Positions 26,101 to 40,868 are shown, counted from the first letter of the whole stretch. The stretch is 63,956 bases of DNA, filler included, from Dugesia japonica (GCA_001938525.1; 6 parts of 6 records of this genome joined end to end with filler, not necessarily neighbours in it), one strand, 5' to 3'. The notes: generated by a model from the sequence alone, not told the origin. Translations and numbers: made by a program.

Positions 26101-27249
26101 TCGTCAAATTTTGACAGATGCAGTTGGTTGTCACTTCAAATTTGCTGAAAAATCATTGAATCATACGATGCTCACTCTTAGATTCTCTATAAATTTCTAA
26201 ATTTGGACATGTTTTATTTTTCACTATTTTCTTTGCTGTTTGCATATATTTTGTTATTTTCATAATGTAATCTCTGCTAAAGAAGTTTTCTGAAATAACT
26301 TGATTTGGTGCTGATGAAATTTGTAATTCATTCAACTGGAACTAATCAATTTAGAAAATAATATTTTTGATTCAAAATGAATAATTTTGAAACTTTGTGA
26401 CATTATATAAATAGGGAATGTTATACAACTATATGTAAATATGTTTATATAATAATCAGATTCCTAAATAACCTTATTTCCTCTTTTTTTACAAATAAAT
26501 TTCTTTATCAAATTCCTTTTCTTTCATTATAAATAATAATATTTATTCAATAATAATAAATTTAATTATATTTAACTAGAAATAATAATAATTTATATTT
26601 TTAATATTTAATTAAATATTCAATAATACTACAATTTTTCTAACTAAATTATGCTAATAATATAATGAATTACTAATTACAATAATGATAACCACTTATT
26701 TAATTATTCTCTTTCATATAATATTTCCTAATTCCGATAAAACATTTCCCAATAATTATTTGTTCTAATTTCATATATATATTATATTTAGTTTATTATA
26801 TTCTACTTCTCTAAATATTAATATAAATATAAATAATATTATATTTTTCAATTTACTGTTCCGTTTTCTATACTCGATTTTCATTCTCGTTTCGGATTTT
26901 CTGGTACTTTTCTAATTAATTTATTAGCGAAGCATCTTTTTATCATTTAATTCCTTATAAAAGAATGAAATTTTCTAATAAANNNNAATTTTTCCTTACA
27001 CTGTTTTTGTCTTTTTTCTGTATTAATTATCTGAACTACATAAAATACTGATAGTTTGAATTTCGATTATAGTGTGTAAGAATAATATTTGAATTGTTTA
27101 ATTTCAAATTTATATGTGAAATTAAAATATTTATAAAATTTTTGAAATTTAAAATATTTCAAAATAATTAAAATAATTATTCGCATATATGTTTGAATAT
27201 TAAAACTTTTCTAATTCAGTTTTTCAATTCATAGTAACTTTGTCTTAAA

Positions 27250-28630
27250 TAAATGTTTGATGAGGATAGCGTTTTTCTTGCTATTATGGCAACCACACCA
27301 GGCTCAAAACTTAAAGCGGCCCAAATTCCCAGAGCTTTACAAGAGATTATATTCGATAAGATGATTGACCCGAAGCTTGAAGAAAGATATGAAGCATCAG
27401 AGAATAAAGCCAAGCTAGGCTACGACTACTAGTAGAAAAACCAAGAGACGTGTTTGAAGACCTAGAAGAATTCATTCGCTACAGGCAGGGTGATACTTAT
27501 AATGAGGTATTTTTCCACGATGTAGAAAAACTGGCAGATAAACTGCTTAGTCATAATCTGTCAAAAGAGTTGTTAATATTAGCACTCCTGATAAACGCAA
27601 CGGCACAGAAGATGGCAAAGAAAGAGATTCTGATGAAAAAGGTTTTCGAACCGGAAGAAATAAAAGAACTTATCAGAGACGTTTTAAAAACCGCCAAAAA
27701 TACAAAAGGAATAACCGTGATGCGTAGCTACAAGGAAGCATTATACACAGAACCAAAAAGAACTGTACCAAGGATGCAAGAATCAACCTGCAAAGGGCCA
27801 AATACCAGAGGGGAGTTCAGAACAGAGAAAGTAGAATGTTGGACCTGTCACATAAGCCGGGATACATAAGCCGGGAATGTCCAGGCAGAAAGCCTCATAC
27901 ATGCTACGCATGTGAAAGTATAGGGCTTATAAGAAGACAGTGCAACAAGGTAAAGTGCGGAAAATACAACAAGAACGGTCGTAAAACCAAAGACTGTTTC
28001 ATAAAGATGAAGTTCAAGAGATTTGAACGAATATCCTTTGGAATATAAGAGACATGAGGTTAAAAAAAAGCTTCCATTTTCGGGTAGGCATGTTAACATC
28101 AATGCAGTGAAAGATGATGAGATAAGTAACAAGGAATATGAGAACGACAGATATGAAGACGTTAGATATGGTAACAACAAATATGACGCAAGCGTATTTG
28201 AATCAAGGAGAAACCCAAACGGAGAGGCTCCGCCAACAGGGAGGTGGTAGGAGCTGTAGAACTCAAAATCTAATGGGTGATCTCCAAAATATCGATAGTT
28301 ATAGTAAAAGTAGTCATATCAATAATATAGATGTCAAAGAACGAGTTTGTAATTTTTTAAAGAAAGATATATCAGTAATCAATGGGAGAAACATCAGTGG
28401 AACCAACAATCGCAACAGTGGAAGAATGGGGAAAAATTGTGATTAGATATTATATAATGCAGGGTAGACCGAGTATTGCAATAAAGATCCAAAACATGGA
28501 GTTTGAATGTCTAATGGATTCCGGAGGAAGAATTAATGTTATGGGTATGGATGTGTTTAACAAATTCAAGGATATCCCGTTATTAACAACCAAGGACAGA
28601 CTTCGGTGCGCTAACTACAGTTCATTAAGT
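27250..28630 (+). mobile_element. Ty3/Gypsy gag-protease fragment
   Basis: Three CCHC-type knuckles (CWTCHKPGYISREC, CYAC..., CGKY...C) and protease FECLMDSGGRINVMG; frameshifted. Confidence 0.88.
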
Positions 28631-29133
28631 GCCATTTCTATGAGGAAAACATCCATGAGCGAACACATTCTACATATTACTACTAAATATTTTAGATCAA
28701 AAGTTTACATATTGTTGGTAATGAAAATTTTATAAAAATAAAAATAGTTCAAAGTTTAATGTCGAATGTAGAATGTTGAAAATTTAAGCAGTCATTAGGA
28801 TAAAATTTTCAAAATTAATCAAATTATGTAAAAAATTGTTTATTATTGAAAAATAATTTTTGTAAATGAAATTGTTATGTATTATATATTGTTATTATAG
28901 GAGTTTTTTTTTATAGTTTAGACGCAACCCATTTTGAGTTTCTTTGAACTCAACTTTATTGTTTTTTGAATTTAAGAGCTTAACCATAACTCTAAACATT
29001 TAATTTTGTTTGGTTTTAACAAAAGAAAGCCTTTATCACCATATCAAACATAAAATAAAATAATAGTTCAATTAATTTAAATTTAATTTTTAGTTTTGAC
29101 AATACCTCAAAATAATTATTGCTTTCTTATTAG

Positions 29134-29526
29134 ACTGATTCACAAGCATTCAACGAAATAAAATCAATAACTAAATCTAATTCAAATGAAAATTCACGAG
29201 GAGGAGATCAAAAACGAGCAGCATGGCTTCAAAAGGTTTCCCCTCGGTTATATAAGGCAACTTCAAACAATGCCAATAGTGAATTACCGTTTTCTGCCTT
29301 TAATTTTGATTTTTCCGGTGGTAGTTTAATATCGGGGTGTGGTTCAAGGACTTCTTCAGAAGGATGTGGCTCGATTAATTCTTCAATTACAGATGCACAA
29401 ATATTAAGTCCCGGTACAGAGAAAGTTTTATTTGAAACGATATTTCAGCACACTAATTCTGGATCGTCTATGGAAAATGACATATTTTCTTCAACAATGA
29501 ATATGGAAGATGTATCAAGTAATTGA
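29134..29526 (+). CDS. Probable terminal exon of an unidentified host gene (130 aa, Ser-rich)
   Basis: Acceptor TTTCTTATTAG, then 130 open codons (TDSQAFNEIK...QKRAAWLQKVSPRLYK...EDVSSN*) and AATAAA at 29538. Absent from the ORF track because it has no early start codon. Confidence 0.6.
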   Translation, partial: TDSQAFNEIKSITKSNSNENSRGGDQKRAAWLQKVSPRLYKATSNNANSELPFSAFNFDFSGGSLISGCGSRTSSEGCGSINSSITDAQILSPGTEKVLFETIFQHTNSGSSMENDIFSSTMNMEDVSSN

Positions 29527-32199
29527 AAACCTATCATAATAAATATCTATGTTTCTTTACGGAATGGTTGTGTTTATATAATTTAATTAATAAAGTAATT
29601 TGTACGATTTTCATTGCTATTATGAAATTTCCGTTAGTTTGAATTATAATAAAATTAATTTTTTACCACAAATTATTTATTTAAGTCTTGAATAGCTAAT
29701 TTTCCGATATTACAGAATAAGTACTTCTAATATTTTTTAAATGGAATTTAAGACTTTTTTAAAAAATATGTNTATAAAATTTCATAATCAAACTTTTATT
29801 CAATAAATTACTATACGGAAATAGTTAGTAATAATTTCAACCAATAGAAATTAAGATAAATTATTTTTATTAATTATTAGTTTCTATTTTAATTTGTTTT
29901 ATTTTTGAAAAATACAAATATGTGTGAAATTAATCGTTGTGATTTTGAAAATAAATTATCTTTTGAAGATGTACCTATCAATTACAATTGCAAGATTTCT
30001 GATACGGGCGAGGTCTTTTGAAGCCATTGGAGTTTTTTTTTGTCTTTTTACATTTAAACGTTAATTAGATTTTTCTATACTGGCAATAGATTTTCAGCTT
30101 TATTGAGTGACAATTTTAATTCGTTTGCTTTAATTCGCTTCGCTTTTAATTTTCTTTTCAAAGTACCGATAACTACTCTCTGTGCTTCTGCTTCACTATA
30201 ACTAAATAGTGAAAATTTTATTTATTAAACATTACAATTTTTAATACATTTTAATTCAATATAATTCAATATATTTAATAAATTTTAATTTCAACAATTT
30301 AGTTTTATATATATTCCAATATCAAAACCAAATGTCATTCAAAACCTTAAGACTTTTATTTAGAATTAGCTTGTTTCATTAAATGTATTTCCATGAACAC
30401 TTTCAGATCAGAAATAATGTGATCCTTATGTACTAGTAAGTCCTGAAGATACAGTACTAACTACATTTAATAGTTTATCCTTCTGGTTTATATAACATCT
30501 TTCACTATTCCGTATTCGGAGCTAAATTCATTTATAAATGTAACTATTAGTGAGTCTATTAAATAATTTTGAACCTCATCTGTTACGATACCTTAAAATA
30601 AACATTATGGTCATTCAGTTTTACTTTGAAAAAATATATAAGATTATTCGATCTCAATTTAACTCTTAACAATTATATAATTATTTTAATATTACTTTTT
30701 TCTTATTTATTCTCTTAAATATTTAATTTTGTTTCGTCCTTCTTAACTCTAATTTATTAAATAAAAAAAATTCATTAACGTATGAACATTATTATTCTGG
30801 TTTTAATGTTTTTATGAAGCGTGTCTAATATCCGATATAATTGGAATTTCGTTTAGTAAGTTCGATAAATTTACTAACGGATAACTCCAAATTTTGTCCG
30901 GGAAACTGTTAGATNNNNNNNNNNNNNNNNNNNNNNNNNNNNNNNNNNNNNNNNNNNNNNNNNNNNNNNNNNNNNNNNNNNNNTTTTTAATTAATTTGGG
31001 AATTCTAAATTTACTTTAATGGATATTGTTGCTGGATATTCTAATTTTTTCATCTAGTTCGGGATCGACTCCGGCTCGACTCCGGAGTATTCAGTGAAAC
31101 GCTACGGGTTTGAACCGAGTTCAGATTCTGGTTTGCAACACTGTATTGAATATATTTTGATCCGTATTTGATGTCTTTGGTATTGATATATCCGTTGTCA
31201 TTTTCAGCGGGATTAATTTAATATCTGTAATTTCTCCTGGTTTCATATCGTATGTGAAACGTGTTTTTCTTAACTTCCTCTATTGATAGTTGTAGGTCCG
31301 GCTTGTATTTATATTTCTTGAGAGATTTAGTCCAAATCCATTTATTAATTGATTTTATCAGGTGTTTTATTGTTAGTCCTTTGAGAGTTAACATGTCCAC
31401 TGGCTTTATCGTACATTTCTTGCTGAGGAGTCTGATTCTGACAAAGTAACCTTATATGGAAGAAGTATTTAGTACTTCTTCTTCATATAAGTTCTTTTCC
31501 ATCCACCATTTTGTTCTTGCAGTCAGACTGAACTAGCCATACTTGGTAAAAATCATTTGCCATTATGTTTTGATCTCTATCACTAGTCTAGTTTCTCTAG
31601 TAACCCTCAATAATTTGTTTAGACCTTGTAATGTTGCTGAGTTCTCTGTTACGGATTTGCTGATATTTCATCCTAATGTCTTGGATAGATGGGGATTCTT
31701 CTTGAAGTTTGACTACTTTTAGATACTTTGGTTAGAAACTTTGTTCGTTGAATTTCTTGATTTTCCGTTGCTTGATTCCTTTTTTTATGTCCGTTAACAC
31801 CTCATTTACATATAAATCCATTATTACCACCACTTTGTCTTCCAGTTCTGGTTGTTGTGTAGCTTGTTAGTCCTTTTAAGTATCCAGTTCACAAATTTCT
31901 CTTGGTTATGGGTGACAGTGAAATATGTGCTTTTCGTCGTTTTCTAACTTGGGTAATTTTTTATTTACATATAGTGGGTTTTCCGTTAATCCATATATTC
32001 CTCTTTTTGCTTAGATTTCGTTGATCAAATCCAACATTGTTATCCCTCTGGGTCATGTCCTATAAATTTTTTCCTGCATTGATGTATAGTGTATAATCCG
32101 GAATATTAGTAGTGGTGATTATTTCCTCTGTGTATTTTTGCTTGAATGTGAGCCATTGATTTTGTACCTCTGTGCTCAATTATATACGATCTTACATAT

Positions 32200-34100
32200 C
32201 ATATTCATAATCATCCAATAAGTTTCTCGTAGAAGTTTATTCTTATCTTCTTGAACCTTGCTGAGTATCTCATTTTCGAGAATAATATTATCCGGAAAAG
32301 CAACTTTCCTTGCTTTTATTCTCGAAAAGGTTTTGGATAGCTTCTTCAATTTTAGATTCTAAATTCATTGGTTACCTGTACGGTTTTACATTGATTGGTT
32401 CACCGCTTGTGATTTTTTTGTGTCTTGTCAGATGAGTCCGTTCTACATCCCATTTATCTGCCATAAAAGCATCTTCTTTACTTCCAAATTTTTTCAATAA
32501 TCACTGATCCTCTTTAATCTTCAAAGTATTTAAGGCTCTAGTCAATCCCTCTTTTTTTTAATTTGTCTTTCAAATTTTGCTTCAATATTACAAATGTAAT
32601 TTTCTACTTTTTTATACGTTTTGCTGTTAACATTTCGCATAAGTTAATATCCAAAAGTCTTCTGTATATCTATTCCTCTTATCAGATCTGGTGTTACTCT
32701 TTCAGCAACTAAGANNNNNNNNNNNNNNNNNNNNNNNNNNATTATCACTCCAATTCTAACTTTTCCAACAATTTCAAGTGTACTATTATTTGCACAACGC
32801 AATCTTTCATCACTTGTTTTTAAATGAACTTCTCGTAATTTATTAAAACAACCCAAACTCATAACGTTAACTCTTGCCCCTGTATCTAAAAGACATTCAA
32901 CTTTATTTCCTTGAATTGATATCGTAACATTCGGTCAGCTTTGCAATTTATGGTACGAAATATTGGTTTACTGTTCTGCTTCAACTGTTGCAACCCATTC
33001 TACTTTTCTATCATCCGCAAAATTTTCCCTCTTTAAGAATCTATATACTTTTTCTGAAACTATTCCGATATCANCCCATTNTTCGACCCCTTGAGGATAA
33101 TTACTAACTTCATTTAACAATGGATGGCTCCAACCAACTCCTCTACTGGTGGAGCCCTGTCTTTTGGGTACTGTCTTTCGGAATCACTTTCATATACTTC
33201 CTCATATCCATCGTTTGTATTGATATTTTCATCTTCAATCACATGTACTCAATTATATCGGTTTNTTGATCTTTCTGCAGTCATAAATTTCTCACTTGTT
33301 CTTTTCATTTTTAAATTTGTGTAGCACTCGTCTTCCCTATGTCCATCATTACCATATCGTTTACACCTCACTTCTTAATATAATCTTCTAATATGGCCAA
33401 CCTTTCGACACCCGATACATTTTGTTGGTTTTTTATTTGGACAATCTCGACCAAAATATGTCCTGTTTTATGACAAGTCCAACACTCTACCACTTTTTTG
33501 GTCGAACAATTTNNNNNNNNNNNNNNNNNNNNNNNNNNNNNNNNNNNNNNNGCATTTTGTTTTTCCTTTATTTGATCCACAAATCTATTCACGGTATGAT
33601 TTATAGGTTTCTAATAATTTTGACTTGAAACTCTTGCGTATCTTCTAACTGCATTAACTTGATCTCTGTTTTTTCTACTCGATCTACTAATGTCATTGTT
33701 TCNTTAATTTTTTCTATATTGTCTCGTTTCCGCAAAGTCACTTCTTCTTCAACTTTTTTGTTATCTGAACAATATACTAGCATCTTTGCTATCAATTTTT
33801 CCTCAGTAAAATCTTTGTGTAAATAATCTTTTTACTAAGTCTTTTACATGTTTAAAATAAACTTGAATCTCTTCACTTCCATGCCTGTAGTTAATGAAAT
33901 TTTTAAAATCTTTCTCTTTCTCAAATGCCATACGTAAACAAGCCTGAAAACCTTCAACTTTTTCGAACGTCTTTGCATATTCTTCCAACAAATTTTCATC
34001 TAACAAACAAGAGACTAATCTCTCCTGTTGTTTCACATGGATGATGTTTTTAGCTTCTGTGAGTATCGATTCATGAATTTCGGATGTCTGAGATTTTTTA
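32200..34100 (-). mobile_element. Ty3/Gypsy gag-protease-RT start, degenerate
   Basis: VVECWTCHKTGH; VECLLDTGARVNVMSL; MADKWDV...EPINVKPYR. Closely related to 55764-56540. Confidence 0.88.
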
Positions 34101-34127
34101 ATTTTTATATTTAATATTAAGATTGGT

Positions 34128-34227
34128 NNNNNNNNNNNNNNNNNNNNNNNNNNNNNNNNNNNNNNNNNNNNTTAATTAATTAANNNNNNNNNNNNNNNNN
34201 NNNNNNNNNNNNNNNNNNNNNNNNNNN
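34128..34227. other. Artificial scaffold linker
   Basis: 44N-TTAATTAATTAA-44N. Confidence 0.95.
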
Positions 34228-34429
34228 TATCACAAATAGTTGATTCAAACAAGTGATATTTATGACGCAACACTATGTAATTTTGAATGTATAAATTTAG
34301 GAGGTTTGATATATTTTTAAATAACTATNNNNNNNNNNNNNNNNNNNNNNNNNNNNNNNNNNNNNNNNNNNNNNNNNNNNNNNNNNNNNNNNNNNAAGAC
34401 ATAAAATCATAAACTTTATTTACCCAGAG

Positions 34430-34620
34430 ACCCTAAACACTCAAAAACCGTATACATTCATAAACCTAACACCATAATATCATTCACTCATAAACACTAT
34501 AAAACTTATAAACCCATACACTCATAAAGCCTATATACTCAAATACTCTATACATTCATAAACCTATACATTCATTAACACTATATACTCATAAAACCAA
34601 TACACCGATAAACCCTATAA
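34430..34620. repeat. ~18-bp minisatellite (TATACACTCATAAACCC-like)
   Basis: About ten degenerate units. Confidence 0.7.
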
Positions 34621-35319
34621 AATGTACACTAAACTAATGAAATATGATTAAAAATATATAGAAATGAAAGAAGAAGAGGAAATAGATTATGTTGAAAGAT
34701 TTAGCGATATACATGAACAAATTACAATCAAGAATGACATTCAGTTTCAAAGACAGTCAATATGGGGTTTCAAATATTGTTGTTTTCTTTTTTTATTATA
34801 TTTTATTCATTTTCTGAAGCGTAAATAGATCTGCTCGAGGTCAAAAGCCTGCTGGATGAAGATCGACAGCTGATGATACCAGAAATCTGTGTCAATGAAT
34901 ATATAGAAACAAAATACAGATTTCTACGTATCCTGCTATAGAGTAAACTTACAAATATGCATTGACAAAAACCAAGAGGCAGTAGAACAATATTTTCATA
35001 GTTTTGTTTTCAAGTGTTTTAGATAATTTTAAATAAATATATATTATTTAGTTTTATTATTTGTAATTAGTTTTGAAATTAAATTTTTTATTTTTAAATA
35101 AACAATAACAAGACATTTATTTTAAAAAGATCTATTTTGTCTTTAATGTAAGTAAGAAACGTTTATTAATGAAATATCTCGAAGGACCTCATGTAAGAAG
35201 TTAAAAGTTGACCCAGAAATTATTGTGATTGAACATGATATGATAAATGAGACAGATAATGTTAATGAACAAGAACTTACAGATAGTAATTATATTCTAA
35301 TATCAGAAAGTTTTAAAGT

Positions 35320-35780
35320 CAAAAAAAGCTATTGGTAACATTAAAAACAGTGATAATAAATGTTTCATATATAGCATTCTTGCTTTACTCAATAGTTAAA
35401 GAAAATAAGTGCTGAGCAGGAAAATATAATGAATACATGGCATAACCTGTATTTGGTGAAAGAAATATGCCTGTAAGGTTGGCAAATATTCCCAAGTTTG
35501 AAAAACAAAACCCTGGATACTTTACATTCAACTTAGTGTTAGAATCGTTAAAATACATAGAGCTATAAAGTTAGCACAGGACAATATTTTCAAGAAGTAT
35601 ATAAATAAAAATACAGAGTTAAGATCGAAAAGTACATCAGACCTAGACAAGAATTATTACAAGATTTTAAACAACATCTTCTACGGAAAATTAGTAGAAA
35701 ATCTAATGAATTTTAGATTATTTAATTCATCCAAAAAGCTCATAACATAAGCTTCGAAGTCGAGTTTTAAGAAAACAATC
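35320..35780 (+). pseudogene. Polinton protein-primed DNA polymerase B remnant, internally deleted
   Basis: KAIGNIKNSDNKCFIYSILA, then KIHRAIKLAQDNIFKKYINKNTELR...YYKILNNIFYGKLVEN (PolB motif B). Confidence 0.8.
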
Positions 35781-36781
35781 TAAATAGATCAGGATTTAAT
35801 TCCGATATTACTGAACAAGGATATTATTAATATTCATATTGTAATATTAAAGTCTGCCCAGGCAATATTTTACCTTTTTATTAGTTATGTTTACATTTTA
35901 TCAAGTTGTAACAATAAAATCCTTAATTGTCGTAAAATGTCGTTAAGAATGATGAGTTGTATTACATCATGAAAAAATATAAAATGTTTAATTTTAATTC
36001 TCGTGGCGAAATAAAAATTTAAATAAATAAATTAACTTAATTTGCATAAAAATCCAAAAAAATTTAAATGAAAATATTAAAAGTAAATAATTCGGTAAAT
36101 TAGAAAAAAAATACGAACAAAAGTAACGTAATTGCNCATATTTTCAAATCTACTAGAAACTCGAAAAATGTTTAAATCACCATATATTACGTAATCCGGG
36201 TTGATCCAGTGTGGACTTATCTATCTACTATTCATGAATTTTATCAATCAAGAAATACAAGAAAAATCCTTTCACTATTTGATCAATTTTTTGTGAAATT
36301 ATTTTTAAATCATCATAAAAATAAATTACTTNNNNNNNNNNNNNNNNNNNNNNNNNNNNNNNNNNNNNNNNNNNNNNNNNNNNNNNNNNNNNNNNNNNNN
36401 NNNNNNNNNNNNNNNNNNNNNNNNNNNNNNNNNNNNNNNNNNNNNNNNNNNNNNNNNNNNNNNNNNNNNNNNNNNNNNNNNNNNNNNNNNNNNNNNNNNN
36501 NNNNNATGATTAATTGTTAAAATTAACTAGGAACACAGGAAACCAACAACAATAGAAAGAAATCTTTTTCTTATTGTTTCCATAGAGTTTAATATTATTT
36601 TAAATACATAATTTAGTCTATTGATTTCATTATTTATGTATTAATATTTTCTAAAGAAAATGTGTAACTTTAATTTAATTAAAACCTTCAAATATATAAA
36701 TAATAATTAAGATAAATATAATCAATAAATTTATTATATATTACAATCAGAACATATTATTTTTTTATAATTATTTATAAT

Positions 36782-37680
36782 TATTAGATTGGTAAGAAAA
36801 TAATTGCGGTTTTTAACATATAAAAATAAAAGTAAAAATCTCGGAAAACAAAGATATTTTATTCAAGATATGAACCATCACAATCAATACATCTCTCCTA
36901 ACGAGAAATGAGTTTTTTTTATCACAATAGAATAGAAATCCGCTGTCCTGAATTCGATGAACTCGAGGAAGGCATTTTAAACATCGTCATTATGTAAGTC
37001 TTTCTCTTGAAGAAAATTGGAGAGAAGATAAAAAAATGATAGTCGGTTGGCGACAGGTCCGGGGAGTATGGTGGATGAGGCAGAATTTCAAATTGTATGG
37101 ACGGGGATTGTAGTGAAGAATAATGGGATGTTTTCTGTTAACTAATGCAGCGCACATAGATTTCAATTTGCGGTGCATTTCGTCCATTTCTCGACACTTT
37201 TTCTGCCGTCATAGTTTCACCTTGATATAATTATAAATAATTATAACNNNNNNNNNNNNNNNNNNNNNNNNNNNNNNNNNNNNNNNNNNNNNNNNNNAAC
37301 AAAGATATTTTATTCAAGATATGAACCATCACAATCAATACATCTCTCCTAACGAGAAATGAGTTTTTTTTTATCCCAATAGAATAGAAATTCACTGTCC
37401 TGAATTCGACGAACTCGGCGAAGGCATTTTAAACATCGTTGTCATTATGTAAGTCTTTCTCTTGAAGAAAATTGGAGAGAAGATAAAAAAATGATAGTCG
37501 GTTGGCGACAGGTCCGGGGAGTATGGTGGATGAGGCAGAATTTCAAATTGTATGGACGGGCATTGTAGTGAAGAATAATGGGATATTTTCTGTTAACTAA
37601 TGCAGCGCACATAGATTTCAATTTGCGGTGCATTTCGTCCATGTCTCGACACTTTTTCTGATATCATAGTTTCACCTTGA
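36782..37680 (-). mobile_element. mariner 3' fragment (assembled twice across a gap)
   Basis: TIR TATTAGATTGGTAAGAAAATAATTGCGGTTTTT (Hsmar1-like); HYNARP and PPYSPDLSPTDYHFF motifs. Confidence 0.85.
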
Positions 37681-37835
37681 TATAATTATAAATAATTATA
37701 ACAAATTAATTATTAATTATGCATAATATGCTCTGATTGTAATAGATAATAAAGTTATTGATTTGATGATTATATAAATGATTATCAATCATTATTTATT
37801 AATATTTTATTTAGAAATTTTAGAGTTGCCTGAAA

Positions 37836-38460
37836 AGTAGAAACATATGAGCGCACTATATTTTTTAAATCAAATTTTTATGAAATCCGGGTGAACAACC
37901 AAATATTTTTGAAAAATATTTTTATTCTCATATTTCAAAAATTTTTATACCAAACTGAAAATTTTAGGTGGGTCACTTTTAGATTTTCCAATATTATAAA
38001 CCGAATTTTTCGAAAACATTTTGTCTATTCGAAATTGGTCAACAAAATGTCCATTCTATAGAAAATGTTTTGCTGAGTAATAACTGAAAATCACTAAACC
38101 TTATCTTGGTTCAAATAAATGAGGATTTTTTTCTAATAAATTTTAATTTTCTCAGTGTACATAACTCTCATTGGCTCAAATTTAGTATCATTGAATTCAG
38201 GAATAAAAAGTAACTGGACAAACATATAGTATCATCTCGGCAAAAATATTTCCTAACGAAGATAGTCAGCCGNCCTCCTGGATTTGATAACTTTTTTCGC
38301 AAAAATAAAAACTAACTCAAATTTGAACATTAATGTTTCTATTCAATGTGAAATTTTACGGTGTGAATAATTATTTAATCATGCGTAAAAATTGACAAGC
38401 CTTAACCCTAATAAAATAAATTGAAAAACAAGTTCTTAATTTGGAAGTCTTCTTCGAGGA
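37836..38460 (+). mobile_element. Polinton-type left terminus and internal repeat
   Basis: AGTAGAAACATATGAGCGCACT; internal segment homologous to 19780-19960. Confidence 0.55.
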
Positions 38461-40807
38461 AAATAAAATAATAAAAATATTCTAATAATTTACTTGGTGT
38501 GGTCGATTCAGTTTATTTTTTGGGTGGTCTTTAAGTGAATATGAGTGACATTTTACTTGATCAAATCAAATCAATCTAAGCTAATTTCGGACATAAATTT
38601 ACTCGATGTCAAATCAGATTAATTTGAGTCTAGACTTTCTTCAGTATTGGTAATCATTATCAAATTATTTCATTAGTAAGGTTTAATTTTGTCTATTTGT
38701 TGAGTGGTTTTGACTCATTTTATGTGATAATTTATTCTTCATTAGTCTTTTCTCTCACTTATTGGTCTTCTTACTCTTGATTATTCTTATCTCTTCACTG
38801 AATTTCCACCCCTTACTAAATTTTTCACTCATTATTGGTCTTTCCACTTTACACAGGTCTTCGCTATTCACTGGTATTTCTATCACTTACTGGTTTTCTT
38901 CTACTATTTGTAGGTCATCACAATCATTTATTGTTTTTTCCGCTATCTAATGGTCTTTATTTTTCACTGGTGATAATATTTTTTTGCATTAAGGTTTGTA
39001 GTATTCCAAAATTTAAACTTTAATTATAAATGCTAATATCAATGTCAACCTTATTATCAATTACATCGTTAGTAAAATCAATCTTTTGACTACAACTTAT
39101 ACATTATTATATGATTTCGTTATTGAAAATATGAGGTTTACTATTGGAAATAAATATTTTATCATTGAAGAATAATAGACTTATCATTCGAAAATAATGG
39201 ACTTATTATTAGAAAATAATAGAGTAAATTTAGTTTTTAATTATATTACATTATTCTATACATACAGTCATTTAATCCATTTAATTTATACACTTTTTGT
39301 CACTATTTCACCTTATCTTTAGTCTTTTTCTGAAGTTCATCCTTATTTACGATATTTATCTTACTTTTCCCGGGTTTTCACTATTTTAATCTTTTCTTGA
39401 GCAATATATTTACCCTATTTCCTTCTATTTTCCAAAGTTTATTTCTACTTAGCTATATTTTCTATTAAATCTCAATGCATATTGTCTATCATTTGTATAG
39501 ACTTCTCTTCATTANNNNNNNNNNNNNNNNNNNNNNNNNNNNNNNNNNNNNNNNNNNNNNNNNNNNNNNNNNNNNNNNNNNNNNNNNNNNNNNNNNNNNN
39601 NNNNNNNNNNNNNNNNNNNNNNNNNNNNNNNNNNNNNNNNNNNNNNNNNNNNNNNNNNNNNNNNNNNNNNNNNNNNNNNNNNNNNNNNNNNNNNNNNNNN
39701 NNNNNNNNNNNNNATTCAGTAGTATTGATAAAAAATAATAAGAGTTTAACATAAAAAATACAATTCTAATCATTAGAAATACTTGTTTTAACAAATAAAG
39801 CAATGGCCTAATCCATGAAAATATAGTTGTTTCATGAAAATACGTTTTTAATGTCAATACTTAAGGTTAATACTTTTATGTTTGAATTTGATATATTTCT
39901 TATTTCTTCAAAACTCAGTGATTTAATTTTGCTCGGCGGAGACTTTAATTATTTGAATTTATTAATAATAATTATCTGGACTTAATTTTTGATGTACTTC
40001 ATGACGGCTAAGTTTTGAAGACTTTAAGTGATATTGTTTTTGATCAGCACAAAATTCTCCATCGAAATAAAATTAAAATTCTTTAAGTTATTCAGTTACT
40101 CAAAATATAATATATTATTCAGTTAGTGGGTTATTTAAACTATCATATATGTATGTTGAGTACTCCCGTGTGGCACCCGTAATAATATTTCTTATATTAT
40201 TAATTATCAGCTTCATTAATAAAAAAAACAAAAAGAAAAATTTCAAAAGAAAATAATTTAAAAGTAGCCGGAAAACTTTTCAACTAATCAAATTTTGCAC
40301 CAAAATAATTGTCAAAAAAAATAAAGTTCATCAGCTGTATCAATCACCACCTGATATCTATGTGGATTCTGTTGTTGGAATATTCTTGGAAGATTTCATA
40401 TTAATAGGATACCTGTAAGAAGGTAATATATTAAAGAAACTTTTGCCCATTTTTTTAAAAAACAAAATAGTAAACATCTGTCGAGTGTTTGTAAATGCAA
40501 ATTATATTTGTCAAACAACTAGGATGTTTATACTCGAGATCAATATTTATTTTATATTTACTTTTAATATAAACAATTTAATTTTTACATTTCACTTCAT
40601 ACTTTAGACTTCATCTTACTGAGGGAATTTAAATAAATTTTGACATTTTATTAATTATTTTTATGGCTGTAAAAATAATAAAAATCTAAAGTTTCCTGAA
40701 TTCATCAGATTTCATTTTTATTTTTTAATTACTGAATTTGGCGTTAATGATTATAATNNNNNNNNNNNNNNNNNNNNNNNNNNNNNNNNNNNNNNNNNNN
40801 NNNNNNN

Positions 40808-40868
<61 letters not shown>

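Noticed and set aside
34865-34895. Additional hammerhead candidates (CTGATGA...GAAA; also 40685-40712)
   Set aside because: No pairable stem II/III.
36846-37701. Tandem duplication of the mariner fragment
   Set aside because: Near-identical copies on either side of a gap; most likely two haplotypes.
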